Made by a program: the position numbers and the translations under genes. From positions 53,421 through 117,420 of the forward strand of contig JAQGDQ010000659.1 in NCBI GenBank assembly GCA_030141605.1: a stretch of DNA of 64,000 bases, given 5' to 3'. Below the pieces are notes generated by a model. That model was not told where the DNA came from and did not search any database. It was given only the letters and a program-made list of their open reading frames with translations. Positions 11,365 to 24,466 of this stretch are shown here, piece by piece. Position 1 is the first letter of the stretch, and every line of letters starts with the position of its first letter. This DNA is from Tubiluchus corallicola. Lineage: Eukaryota; Animalia; Priapulida.

Positions 11365-11834
11365 ACTTGGATGGGTGACTGCCTAGGAATACCAGGTGCT
11401 GTAGGCTTGCGGGATGCCCACACTGTATCTCGACACTAGGCGGAGGAGTTTCACAAGCAGCCAAAGGCTAGAGGGCGGAGGAGGTCAAGTGACCCAACGG
11501 CCATGTGTAGAGGAGTAAACCTTCCAAATCAGGAGTGGAGCCCCGAAGGCGGACCAGTGCAGCAGGCTCACTGACTCCGGCAGCTCCTGTAGTCAACCTG
11601 GTGCCAAACGTATCACTCTGCTTTCGTTTGGACTACACCAGGGAGGAAGAGAGGGGGTTCCTGTTGTCTGGACAACTCAGGATCTCCATAGGTGTCCAGG
11701 CGTGTGCCCTGGAGACGTTCAAAGATCGGACTGCTCAGCCACAGCCGACGCTGCAGCTCCATCAATGTGATCAACAACTGACTCTCTTGGCGCACACTCC
11801 ATTGTCTTCCGAGACAGTACGATGCCGACAACAA
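11365..11834 (+). mobile_element. 5S-rRNA-headed (SINE3-like) element with RTE-derived body and tail, 5' truncated
   Basis: 11365-11408 ACTTGGATGGGTGACTGCCTAGGAATACCAGGTGCTGTAGGCTT matches the 3' third of 5S rRNA (box C region); it is followed by the same body as 10084-10498. Confidence 0.7.
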
Positions 11835-12196
11835 ACGCCCCAGCCTACACACAACAAACTCAGAGCGAACACTGAGTACGGCGGCACCTAGGATGAATTT
11901 GTCGAAACAGATGGCCATTTAAAGTCAATTTGTTCAAAAAAGTAGAAGAAAGTATGACTTACAGTTTTGTATAATTATTTAATTAATATGCAGTCGGGTC
12001 GTGAAGTCAAACAGTCGTAAGTCGCATTTGTTGTAAGTCGACGAGGAATTGATCGGTAACTCATTGAGAAAGATGGACAGTTACACATTTATTAACAAAC
12101 GCTATAAGAATTCACCACGTACAAAGAGCAGGAAACAACCATTTCTATGCAAACCCGATTAAATGGTTACGGTTGCTATGGCGACGACTAACTCAC

Positions 12197-12298
12197 CTGA
12201 TCAAATTCGTTATCGATCTTTCCACCATATATGCACTGAGAGAGTAACACTCCTAACGCGTCCCACGGCACTTTGTCAGGCGGCAAGTTAGTGCGTCC
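12197..12298 (-). CDS. DYNC1H1: Dynein HC exon
   Basis: [34 protein letters not shown]; 102 nt. Confidence 0.95.
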
Positions 12299-12379
12299 CT
12301 GCAAGAGTGATTTTTTTTATATATTAAAAATATTATTACAGTAAACAACAAAATTTAAAAGACACAAAGCCTCTTACAA

Positions 12380-13145
12380 TAAATATCATCTTGTAACAAA
12401 AACGGCCAACATTGTGCACAGAAACTGTCAATATGTCTTTTCAAAACTGGTTGACGTGTTTCTCTAAAATCCGTCAATGCGATGCAACGTAACCGTTCAA
12501 CATGTTGTAAGGAAAGCCAACAACATCTTGCCACAAATAAATATCATCTTGCAATAAAAACGGCCAACATTGTGCACAGAAACTGTCAACATGTCTTTTC
12601 AAAACTGGTTGACGTGTTTCTCTAAAATCCGTCAATGCGATGCAACGTAACCGTTCAACATGTTGTAAGGAAAGCCAACAACATCTTGCCACAAATAAAT
12701 ATCACCTTGCAATAAAAACGGCCAACATTGTGCACAGAAACTGTCAATATGTCTTTTCAAAACTGGTTGACGTGTTTCTCTAAAATCCGTCAGTGCGATG
12801 CAACGTAACCGTTCAACATGTTGTAAGGAAAGCCAACAACATCTTGTAACAAAAACGGCCAACATTTTGCACAGAAACAGTCAATATGTCTTTACAAAAC
12901 TGGTTGACGTGTTTCTCTAAAATCCGTCAGTGCAATGCAACGTAACCGTTCAACATGTTGTAAGGAAAGCCAACAACATCTTGCCACGAATAAATATCTT
13001 GCAACAAAAACGGCCAACATTATGCACAGAAACTGTCAATATGTTTTTACAAAACTGGTTACGTGTTTCTCCGTAATCCGTTCAACGTGATGCAACGTAA
13101 GCGTTCAACATGTTGTAAGGAAAGCCAACAACATCTTGCCACAAA
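12380..13145. repeat. 158-bp tandem repeat, about 5 copies
   Basis: ggccaacattgtgcacagaaactgtc recurs at 12404, 12562, 12720 and onward. Confidence 0.95.
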
Positions 13146-13377
13146 AATAATCAAAATGTGGCGTTACGCCGCATTGGCACATAGATCGCCAACAGGTTGG
13201 GTGCAAAATGGCTCAACATGTTGAAAGAGAAACAGTCAACATTTAACGACCCAGACAATCTATGATTAAGTAATTATGCATCAGGTGTAAAGCGGCAAAC
13301 ATAATGGATATACACTCTCATTTGCACTGCCTTTTACGAAACAAACTAAATGAAAATTATTTTGAAAACAATTTTGT

Positions 13378-13698
<321 letters not shown>

Positions 13699-13783
13699 AT
13701 AAACCTTCTAACACTGAAAACACAAAATGACAGACAGAAGTATTAATATGTACAGAAATGCATACATAAGTACTTTCGTTTAC

Positions 13784-13894
13784 CATAGCAAATGTATCAA
13801 TCCAGACATCCAGCGTGTCACAAGCTACACGTAAGTCGGACTCGTTGAATTCATAATGTTTAGACCATCCAAGCGGAACGTATCTTAATCTCTC
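13784..13894 (-). CDS. DYNC1H1: Dynein HC exon
   Basis: [37 protein letters not shown]; 111 nt. Confidence 0.95.
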
Positions 13895-14125
13895 CTACAA
13901 AGATACATATCAGCTATAGTTTATGTATAAATTTGTAACCAATAAATATATACATTATATAAACATACATACATACATACGTTATATAACCAATATTTAT
14001 ATACGGTAGACTGAAGCAGTAAATTATGTTGCAAGATGTCTAATAACTTGCAGTTCTCAATGATAGACTCCAGTAGACCTCTGACTCAATTCAATTTAAT
14101 TCATCCTTTATTTCAGCATTAAAAT

Positions 14126-14496
14126 AAGCCTCTTCACAGTTTTGTTGCGCGCACGCTCAGTTACTGCAGGTCTAACATTAAATGTAACTCGCCTTAACTA
14201 CACCCGTCACGTCTATGTGGGTAAAGCAAAGCCCTCTGCTGCATCAGTTCGGTAACTTCAGTTATTTTACGTGGATTTTACTTAATTATGCATTAGTCTG
14301 TGCGTAGAGTGATTTACTAGCAGGATCTTGCTTGGAAACAAGAAAAAATGAACTAAGTAACATTCTAGGTAGCTGTTAAAACTGTTACTATTACAATAGT
14401 ATGGGATGCGAGGCATTGTCAAGTGAGGCGGTCTGGTACAATTAACATTTGACCTTTTCACGATCATCAACAATCGCTGGAACTGTGAAAAAGCTT
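14126..14496. mobile_element. MITE family C (other copies 22955-23480 and 43818-44187; partial inverted copies about 9150-9500 and 17700-17850)
   Basis: TIR AAGCCTTTTCACAGTT / AACTGTGAAAAGGCTT; shared internal gtgatttactagcaggatcttgcttggaaacaagaaaaaatgaact. Confidence 0.8.
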
Positions 14497-15209
14497 ACTG
14501 CCGTACAATTGACTAAAAAAATATAGATTACAGCACATACACAAGCACACAAAACACTAACCCTACAATTATACGCAAGAATAACAATAACAACAACAAC
14601 AACAACAATAAAATATTAAAAGCTGCCCACACCAAATAAGAAAGAAGTGCACAACCTAAAAAATTTTGAAGTATATCACACATCAGAGTCATTAGCAATG
14701 TTTTCCAATGGAGCTTTGTCAGATTGCACAGTTCTGGTAAACAGATTATAACAACAATTGCATCATATATGATTAAGGTGTGGAAGAGGTAAATCTACAC
14801 ACATCTGAGATGCTCTGCAATCGTATTTAAGTTTAAAGTTTCCTTATACCACTGTAGTATGACACACTAAGTTTCTCTATAATGATAATAATTCCATTTA
14901 TGATATAGTCCAGGCATAACACCTTAAGTAACTCATTACTTATTTCCAAGGTGGTCCCGATTATTATTACACGCATGTTACTTCGATGAACTCGCACGTT
15001 TGGTTGAAGAACCAGCGATACCCTCATTCAAGTCTTTGGTTTGATTCGGTCGAGAGTTGAAACCCGCTACGTTCCAGGTGGGAAGCGAGCGCATTACCAT
15101 TGAGTTATGCCATCCGGGTACTATAGAACATCTTTGTCAAACTTAATCCACAGAAAACAACAACAAAAGATACCACAGTAACTTTTGCAGAGAAAGAATT
15201 TGACATTAA

Positions 15210-15756
15210 TGGAAGACGGACGATTGTTTAGACTCAATCTCATTTTAGTTTACTGTCCAAAATATACATTTTCTTGCCTATAAAAGTTAACAATTGTCGC
15301 TTACATTTGAATAATTAGCTTAGAAAGTTAATAAATGCAACTGAACACAGCTATTGCTTACGTCAGAAACTAACCACTGTTTGTGCAATGGCAGGCGTCT
15401 TCCCTTGCGCATCAAGCACATTTGCATAGGTGTTACTGTACTGTTTAAACGCATGATGTCACGAAAAAATGGGCTCTACATCATATGACGTCAAAAACTA
15501 ACACTGCAGTTCATAATCATGCTTATCATGGTACCGCCTTCTATTTGTCGGCCACGCGCACGTTACAAAAAGACGCCGCTGCCAATCTTAGTAGATTCAC
15601 TGAGCAACGGGTAGCTTTGAAAGTTTCACAAAATTTCAGTATCCGGGTAATTATTATTTGATCTAAGCTTTGATTTAAAATAAGCTATTGTAGTTCCCAA
15701 TATTTTAGAGCATTCTTTATTATGAACTAATGTTTACACAATCGTCCGGTTTTCCT
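15210..15756. mobile_element. Kolobok-like MITE (family D)
   Basis: TTAA flanks; TIR ...GGACGATTGT / ACAATCGTCCGGTTTTCCT; same body as 28981-29528. Confidence 0.85.
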
Positions 15757-15842
15757 TTAACAGAACAATTACTAAACTTTCTTATTAAAGTATTAATGAG
15801 GACATAGAACAACTATATTTGGTTCATCACATTGTTGCTTAC

Positions 15843-16016
15843 CTGTATAATAGCATGGAACCAGGCTAGGAGGAAATAAAGACGAGCACGTTCGTTTGGT
15901 TCTCTGCACATGCGGGCTGCGGGCACAGCGCTGAATGTCCTCATCAAGTTTGCTTTTATACCGGGCGGCGGCTCAAACGTAAGGATGCGTCCGGCACGGA
16001 GTAGATTTACCGGAAT
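15843..16016 (-). CDS. DYNC1H1: Dynein HC exon (AAA6)
   Basis: [29 protein letters not shown]...[17 protein letters not shown]; 174 nt. Confidence 0.96.
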
Positions 16017-16269
16017 CTGTAAGAGATGATATCTTGTTGCATCTGAGTAAAAGAATGCACTTACTAAACAAATGTAATGATATGCATTGAACAACTCATG
16101 CGACAAGTGTTCTTCTAACAACTCACATTAATTCCTTCAGGACCGTAAGTATTTGTTGCATTTTGAATGGGTTCATGAAAAACTGCTCTCACTAAGTAAC
16201 GATTACGTTACATTTGATCATTTTTGTAGGCTTCTAATCGCAAAATCTGAGGAACATTTCTGATGGATC

Positions 16270-16918
16270 CAGATCCATTAAAATTACCGGATTTCGAGGT
16301 CCGGAATTGAATCTAGTACATTCTAAAAGTGCTTACAGTTTGAGGAACCCACTCCATTAAAATTACCGGATCTCGAGATCCAAAACTGGCTCTGGAACGT
16401 TCCTAAAAGCCGTCCACAGTTTAAGGGACCCACTCCATTAAAATTAGCAGATCTCGAGATCCAAAACTGGCTCTGGAACGTTCCTAAAAGCCGTCCACAG
16501 TTTAAGGGACCCACTCCATTAAAATTAGCAGATCTCGAGGTCCAAAACTGGCTCTGGAACGTTCCCAAAAGCCGCCCACAGTTTGAGGGACCCACTCCAT
16601 TAAAATTACCAGATCTCAAGGTCCAGAACTGGATCTGGAACATTCCCAAAAGCCGCCCACAGTTTGAGGGACCCACTCCATTAAAATTACCAGATCTCAA
16701 GGTCCAGAACTGGATCTGGAACATTCCCAAAAGCCGCCCACAGTTTGAGGGACCCACTCCATTAAAATTACCAGATCTCAAGGTCCAGAACTGGATCTGG
16801 AACATTCCCAAAAGCCGCCCACAGTTTGAGGGACCCACTCCATTAAAATTACCAGATCTCAAGGTCCAGAACTGGATCTGGAACATTCCCAAAAGCCGCC
16901 CACAGTTTGAGGGACCCA
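16270..16918. repeat. 81-bp minisatellite, about 8 copies
   Basis: gtttgagggacccactcc at 16581, 16662 and onward; ends about 15 bp from the donor at 16933. Confidence 0.96.
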
Positions 16919-16933
16919 TCTTCGTCAGCGTAC

Positions 16934-17057
16934 CTTAGGATTGATCTCCATGGTGAGGAACAGACGGAAGTTGCTGTGAGTCTGAATCGAGTGCAGCTTC
17001 TTCTCGAGTTGCATCAACCACGACGGAGCCAGGTGAACGTTCTTAAGCATCACCCAC
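16934..17057 (-). CDS. DYNC1H1: Dynein HC exon (AAA6)
   Basis: [41 protein letters not shown]; 124 nt. Confidence 0.96.
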
Positions 17058-17890
17058 CTGTAATCAACGTACGTACAAGTTAGCAAGGTGCATGAGAGCT
17101 GTGATTGCGATGCAAATTAAAGTAACAACAAGAATTCATTACGCTTTCTTTCCTTCCCCTGATTTGCGTTGTGCGTACTGATGTCACGTAATGGCAACTT
17201 CGGAAAAGTATTGCGGGAGATTTTAAATGAAAACAAACAGAAAATCCTTTCAACACGAGGAGCTTCAGCGATTTGCATGAATTTTTCAATGGAAACCCAA
17301 AGTCATATTGTGAATTTGTAAATAACTGTTTAGCGATTTTTGGACAGTAATGATCATGTTAGACGATAATAAGTGTGTAGTGAGAAGTTGTAAATAATTC
17401 TTCAGTTATTTTTTGACAGTAATGATCATGTTATATGATCAAAAGTCCTTTTTTTGTAGTCATCTATGGACTGAACTAAAGTATCATGTTCGACTATCTC
17501 GTAATCGTATATATATGCACAAGCTTGCTATAAAGTAATATAATTTTTTAATGTGATTTTTCTGAAATCTACTTCAGGTACCCCTTTTCTTGTCCTTTAA
17601 TAGTAGCGATTTTAATGCTGATACTATTAGAAAATTAAAAACAGCATACAATTTTACATTGACGAAGTTTTTTGCTTACTGGAAGGGCACCACAGCATCT
17701 AGAAGTTAACCGAAGTTACTGAACTAATGCAACAGACGGCTTTGCTTTATCCACATGTCAGGTGATGCTGTAGTTAAGAAGCATTGTTGTGGTACAGCTA
17801 ACCTTTGACCTACAGCAACTGCACAACGAAACTATGAAAAGGCTTATTGTTAGCACACAAATCTACTAGCATTATAATAAATTTACGAAC

Positions 17891-18063
17891 CTTCCGGATT
17901 TGCTCGCCGAGTTGATAGCCTTGTCGGCTTGGCTGAATCCCTCGGCGGATCCGATAGCGATGGAGGTGATGGAGCTTCCGGTCTCCGCCGCAAGGTCGTC
18001 AATGCGTCCGCTGGCGTCGTAACCCGGCACGGAGCACAGCAACAAGGGGGTACTGGACTTGAT
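17891..18063 (-). CDS. DYNC1H1: Dynein HC exon (AAA6)
   Basis: [57 protein letters not shown]; 173 nt. Confidence 0.96.
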
Positions 18064-18864
18064 CTGAACGGGTCAAAGATCTTTGATTACTCACGGTGTG
18101 CAATATAATAGAGAGTCGGCGAAAATTACTCAGCAAAATTGAGAGATTTCTGGGCATTAACCCTTTCACTACGTAGCTGCTTTCTAATTGGGCCATCATG
18201 TGTTTTGTACATTTGACAATAAGTGCTTGTGGTGTGTTACTAAAACAGAATTTTGTAAATAAACAAATATTTGTTCGTTGTTGAGTACTTCTCTCAATCG
18301 TCTAATTGTCTCCAAAACGTCTGCCACTCCTATGGAAAAGTACAGGATGTCGGCATTTGACTCAAGTTGAGTAACGGACTCAGTATTTTTATATACAGAG
18401 ATATACATGTGGTTACACTGTCACGTGTGATGTAAACAAAGTGACGGCCTGCTAATTAGCGGTCGGCTCGCTCCGATTCTTCCCATATCCGTAAAAGCGA
18501 GATCCGGCAAATCAAGATATGATTGTAATTTGTTAACTTGATGTATTTTTGCCTCTTTTATGTTGTTAAATTTGAAAAATGTTGATTAATGAACGAAATC
18601 AAATGAATGGAGTAAATAAAATAATTTATCCCAATAAATTACATTAACGAGTCGTACTAACTCTGACTAATTACTAATTTTATCACAACCTTTGACAACG
18701 CTGATTATTTCGTATTTTACAAAACCCATACTGTCTTTATCCACACTGTGCAAAAGAAGAAATAAACTGGATTGAACGGAATAACTTATTCCACTAAATG
18801 ACGTTAGAGTCTTGCTAGCCGTTACTATTTTTGACACAATTTTCGACAACGTTAACTATTTCGT

Positions 18865-19518
18865 ATCTTACAAGATCCGCATCTTTATTCTCGCTGCGCA
18901 AAACAAGAAAATGTAGAGCGGTACCTCTTTATTTACAAGATCCGCGTCTCTATCCGCACTGTGCTAAACAAGAAAACGTAGAGCGGTACCTCTTTATTTA
19001 CAAGATCCGCGTCTTTATCCGCACTGCGCAAAACAAGAAAACGTAGAGCGGTACCTCTTTATTTACAAGATCCGCGTCTTCATCCGCACTGCGCAAAACA
19101 AGAAAATGTAGAGCGGTATCTCTTTATTTACAAGATCCGCATCTTCATCCGCACTGCGCAAAACAAGAAAATGTAGAGCGGTACCTCTTTATTTACAAGA
19201 TCCGCGTCTTTATCCGCACTGCGCAAAACAAGAAAATGTAGAGCGGTACCTCTTTATTTACAAGATCCGCGTCTCTATCCGCACTGCGCAAAACAAGAAA
19301 ATGTAGAGCGGTACCTCTTTATTTACAAGATCCGCATCTTTATCCGCACTGCGCAAAACAAGAAAATGTAGAGTGGTACCTCTTTATTTACAAGATCCGC
19401 GTCTTTATCCGCACTGCACAAAACAAGAAAATGTAGAGCGGTACCTCTTTATTTACAAGATCTGCATCTTTATCCGCACTGCGCAAAACAAGAAAATGTA
19501 GAGCGGTACCTCTTTATC
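18865..19518. repeat. 65-bp minisatellite containing a donor site, about 10 copies
   Basis: Unit gagcggtacctctttatttacaagatccgcgtctttatccgcactgcgcaaaacaagaaaatgta. Confidence 0.96.
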
Positions 19519-19670
19519 CACAATTTTGTCCAGCTCGACATCGGAACGGCCCACGGAGACGAACTCGGCACCGAGTACGGTCGTCACGAACAGATACGTC
19601 GCAGCCAAGAAACGGTCGGGTCTGAATGCTTGTATCGTCAACATCTTATGCAAACTTTGAGCTATGGGAC
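19510..19670 (-). CDS. DYNC1H1: Dynein HC exon
   Basis: PIAQSLHKMLTIQAFRPDRFLAATYLFVTTVLGAEF...LDKIVDKE; |GTACCG; 161 nt. Confidence 0.94.
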
Positions 19671-20996
19671 CTGCACATCATACAACACAATGAAAAACTG
19701 GCAAGGAGCGTTTGATTCGACAAACTTTATTTACGCACGTTCAAAAGAATTATTTCACAAATAAACTTTCCATGAACTTACATTTAACATCACATTAAAA
19801 ATAAACTCAAAAAGCAACTTTCACATTAAACGAACAATGAAAATACAGCAAGAAATAATCGTGTGTTTGCAGAAGGAAATTGCCCATAAGTCGGCATAGT
19901 TAAAGCTACGTTATGATGCTTCAAAGAAGAATGATCCGAAAATATGATCAAATCTGAATTTTTTCTTTTTTATAAAAACATGCTGAGTTTATTAGACTTT
20001 CATATTCTAGCATCAAATTATCAAGAAAATGTTCAAAAAATACTAAAAATTTATTTTTATAACCCCGTGTCCACTTCTCTGGCTAGAAACTAGTACTGCA
20101 ATTGTAAAAAACTTGTATTTTCAAACTCTGATAGTAGCTCGTGGAAGTAGTTCTTTCTGTTGCTAAGCCCAGATCTTTGTCAGGAAGAGCCATCTACTGG
20201 ATTTAAACATAACTTCAGTGTGTTCTTGCAAACTCTATAGCAGTTAACATTTGTACAGTTGCTAAGTGTTTTGTAGAAATGTGACAAAAAACAATGGCCG
20301 ACTTTAAAAGTGATTTTCTCAAGATTATGTTTTTAACTGCATAGCCGGCACCTCAACTTCAACGTTGATTATCTGAGCTTAGAAATAACATAGAGCGATG
20401 AGCTTGGTATCAAAATGATCTTCATGAAATAGAGATTCAGGACGTGTGAATAACTAGACAAACTTAATTACGGACTTATGATGAATTCGCTCTGCAAACA
20501 CACAAATATCTTAAATTTTATCCCTCTAGGAAAATTTAGTAAGCAATTATAGAATTAGATATTAATTTCTGAAACGCTTTTACATAAACAGAATGAAAAT
20601 AAATTATCATTATAAATAAAAGCATAAATAAATTTAATATATTTTGAACTTGAATATTTGACCTTGAACCTAAAGTGCTTAGAAAAAAAACATGCAATTC
20701 AACATCTTAATGAATCCAAAAAGCGTAGTCTAAATCATCACCTCTCAATCATTGTACCGCACATGCATTATTGTTTCAGCTGAACGACTGCAGATGGCGC
20801 TGCTTAAATGTTTGCAAAACAGTTTTGTGCATTTGATAAAAGCTGATGCGAAAGCACGGGACCTTTAAGCTTCGAGTTTACAAGGAAGTTTGTGTTTCCT
20901 AAAAAACTAAGACTTGTGGGGGGAGAAGCTAAAATTAAGCAAAATTTAAAAACTGCTGAATGATAACGACTCTCTACTTTTGAAAAGCAAAGGCGA

Positions 20997-22170
20997 GGAA
21001 GCAAAACTAAAGCTTCTTACACAATATGTGAACCCACACTGTCCATTTTATAGGAAGCAAAACTAAAGCTTCTTAGACAATATGTGAACCCACGCTGTCC
21101 ATTTTATAGGAAGCAAAACTAAAGCTTCTTAGACAATATGTGAACCCACGCTGTCCATTTTATAGGAAGCAAAAACTAAAGCTTCTTACACGATATGTGA
21201 ACCCACACTGTCCATTTTATTGGAAGCAAAACTAAAGCTTCTTACACGATATGTGAACCCACGCTGTCCATTTTACAGGAAGCAAAACTAAAGCTTCTTA
21301 CACAATATGTGAACCCACGCTGTCCATTTTATAGGAAGCAAAACTAAAGCTTCTTACACGATATGTGAACCCACACTGTCCATTTTATAGGAAGCAAAAC
21401 TAAAGCTTCTTACAGGATATGTGAACCCACGCTGTCCATTTTATAGGAAGCAAAACTAAAGCTTCTTACACGATATGTGAACCCACGCTGTCCATTTTAT
21501 AGGAAGCAAAACAAAAGCTTCTTACACGATATGTGAACCCACGCTGTCCATTTTATAGGAAGCAAAACTAAAGCTTCTTACACGATATGTGAACCCACGC
21601 TGTCCATTTTATAGGAAGCAAAACTAAAGCTTCTTACACGATATGTGAACCCACGCTGTCCATTTTATAGGAAGCAAAACTAAAGCTTCTTACACGATAT
21701 GTGAACCCACGGTGTCCATTTTATAGGAAGCAAAACTAAAGCTTCTTACACGATATGTGAACCCACGCTGTCCATTTTATAGGAAGCAAAACTAAAGCTT
21801 CTTACACGATATGTGAACCCACGCTGTCCATTTTATAGGAAGCAAAACTAAAGCTTCTTACACAACATGTGAACCCACGCTGTCCATTTTACAGGAAGCA
21901 AAACTACAGCTTCTTACACGATATGTGAACCCACACTGTCCATTTTATAGGAAGCAAAACTAAAGCTTCTTACACGATATGTGAACCCGCGCTGTCCATT
22001 TTATAGGAAGCAAAACTAAAGCTTCTTACACCATATGTGAACTCACGCTGTCCATTTTATAGGAAGCAAAACTAAAGCTTCTTACAGGATATGTGAACCC
22101 ACACTGTCCATTTTATGGGAAGCAAAACTAAAGCTTCTTACACGATATGTGAACCCAAACTGTCCATTTT
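20997..22170. repeat. 56-bp minisatellite, about 21 copies
   Basis: Unit ggaagcaaaactaaagcttcttacacgatatgtgaacccacgctgtccattttata. Confidence 0.97.
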
Positions 22171-23789
22171 TTTCAATAAATAATGATCTTTTAAATTCAA
22201 TTTAATTCTTAACAACGAATATTTTAAAACCGAAGCGCCAAAAAGTTGACCTTTTTGTCGAAACTTTTACGACAACCTCGACGGGCAGTCCATCTTCTCC
22301 CTGTCAATGCAAAACTGCAAGATAACTTACCCCATGCACTAATTTGCCTCGCCGCCCCTACAAAACTCATCCCCCAACATCCTAACACATCTCACCGTTC
22401 CTATACGAATCAAATGTTGCTGTCGCTCCCAAATCAAACTGCCCATTAATAAATTGTGCAATTTCCAAAATAACTCAACCCCGCGACCCCCCGTCCACCC
22501 ACACACTGAAAGCAAGCATTTCATAACCACCACCCGAAAGCATTAAGCCAACACATTAGCTCACTGCTAGAATAATTTCTTACACGGTACAAAACGTTTA
22601 GCGTACATCCAGAACAATGCCGCACGAAGTTCGCATTGGAAATAAGATACATAATAACAGGTTTAATTACATCTGAATCTTCATTAAAAATACGTCAATT
22701 AGACAAAAGAGTCGACACAGAACTGTCATAAACGTCAATAAACTAAAAAAAAATTCGTCAAAATTTGTCTCGGGACTTAAGGAAATTAAACGTTCAAATA
22801 CCCAAATGGTATTTTAACGTAAATACGTAACGTAACGTAACGTAAAGACGGTAAAATGTTTGCAAATGTTTGTAAAAATATCATTAAAAAAATTTGTGAG
22901 TGACTCAAACAATGTTGCTATTACACTTTTCAGGTTTAATCATGTTTAGATAATAAGCCTTTTCACAGTTTCACTGCTGCTGTAGGTAATAAGGTTAAGT
23001 GTACCACAGCAACGCATCTTAAGTACAACTGTCACGTGACATGTGTGTAAAGCAAAGCTGTATGCCACATCAGTTCAGTAACTTCATTTGTCTTACATGA
23101 ACTTTACTTAATTACACACTAGTCGTTGTGTATTTGTAGTTGCTGTAGGTTAAAGGTTAAGTGTACCCCAGCAACGATTTACTGCAACTGTCACGTGACT
23201 TGTGTGTAAAGCAAAGATGACCGCCATTTCTGTTCAGTAGCATCAGTTGTTTTTTTGCTTGGAATTTACTTAATTATACATTAGTCTGTTTGCAGAGTGA
23301 TTTACTAGCAGGATCTTGCTTTGGAACAAGACAAAATGAACTAGGTAAGGCTCTAGCTAGCTGTTAAAACTGTTCCTATTACGGCAGCTTGGGTGGCGAG
23401 CATACAAATGCGTTGTCTGGAACATTTAACCTTTGACCTTCTCACGATCATCATCAATCGCTGGAACTGTGAAAAGGCTTGTTCGTACGAACGCAACGTC
23501 TAATAATGGTTGCGATAAACCTTCAGGTGAATTTGTTTTAAAGATTCTGAGAAAGAAATGTTTCGACAGGAAACCTGAAGTACCAAATTAAGAAAATACC
23601 TCCTCGTGACATATTTTTTAAGCTGTTCGGCTATACGAATATAATTACGTCATTAATTAGCAAATAATGAACTTAAATTCATGAAAAAAGCATGCTTTAC
23701 TCATGATATATATTTTACATGGGTCGTTACAAAAGTTATTTACAAACTTTGCAACATTACGTAATAAACATAGCGGTCATAAATTTGTA

Positions 23790-24190
23790 CACTCGTTTCT
23801 CAGTTTGCCAGACAAAGGTGGGGAGACGTCGGTCCGAATTTGCCGATTGTCCGTATTTTCCGAAACTAAGCTAATACGGTAGGCGCCGTGTATTAGACTC
23901 ACAGCAATGTAGAATCAATCACCTAATTGTCCCAAAACATCTAGTACAGGCCGCTCCTACGCAAAAGTATATAAAAACTGTCTGCAATTGACTCTATATT
24001 TTCATACGTAGAGATATACACGTGGTTACACTGATATAATGATGCAAACAAAGTGACGGCCCGCCAACTAGCGGTCAACTCGCAAAACAACGGACAGTGT
24101 CCGTAGTATGCGGGACTTTTAGCAGTCCAGATTTTGTCCGATTCTTCCGATACCCGTAAAAGCGAGGTCCGGCAAACCGAGACGTGAGTG
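23790..24190. mobile_element. MITE family B (partial copies also at about 18300-18515 and 54140-54325)
   Basis: CACTCGTTTCTCAGTTTGCCAGAC ... GTCCGGCAAACCGAGACGTGAGTG. Confidence 0.78.
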
Positions 24191-24306
24191 CGTTTGTTAA
24201 CACCGTGTCATAAAGCTCTTCAGAAATACACGAATAATAAACTGTTACCACTGTTGCTAACTGCAGTTAAAAGTGTCATTAACAGTTTTACGGGACGATT
24301 ACGTAC

Positions 24307-24454
24307 TAATTTCCTTCGTGTCATCCCAAACGACGGGTACGTCCACTTCTGGAACGTCTTTTTCCAGCCAAGCTTGGAATTCTTTGTTCCCGTCTACATG
24401 CTGCTTGATGTCCTTGAACATTGGAAGCTTGCTCAACTGCACCATGGCTTCAAC
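24307..24454 (-). CDS. DYNC1H1: Dynein HC exon
   Basis: VEAMVQLSKLPMFKDIKQHVDGNKEFQAWLEKDVPEVDVPVVWDDTKEI; 148 nt. Confidence 0.92.
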
Positions 24455-24466
24455 CTGTCATAATAC

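Noticed and set aside
11365-11408. Functional 5S rRNA gene
   Set aside because: Only the 3' 44 nt are present, with substitutions and no oligo-T terminator; fused to a retroposon body.
14680-14900. Possible LINE 3' remnant on the minus strand (..LFTRTVQSDKAPLENI..)
   Set aside because: Similarity to the LINE terminal motif is too degraded to support without a search.
16323-16919. 198-aa ORF of 27-aa repeats
   Set aside because: Entirely within the 81-bp array, with no unique coding ends and no place in the dynein protein.
20997-22170. CRISPR-like appearance of the regular arrays (here and elsewhere)
   Set aside because: Units are head-to-tail repeats with no unique spacers, there are no cas genes, and the context is a eukaryotic intron.
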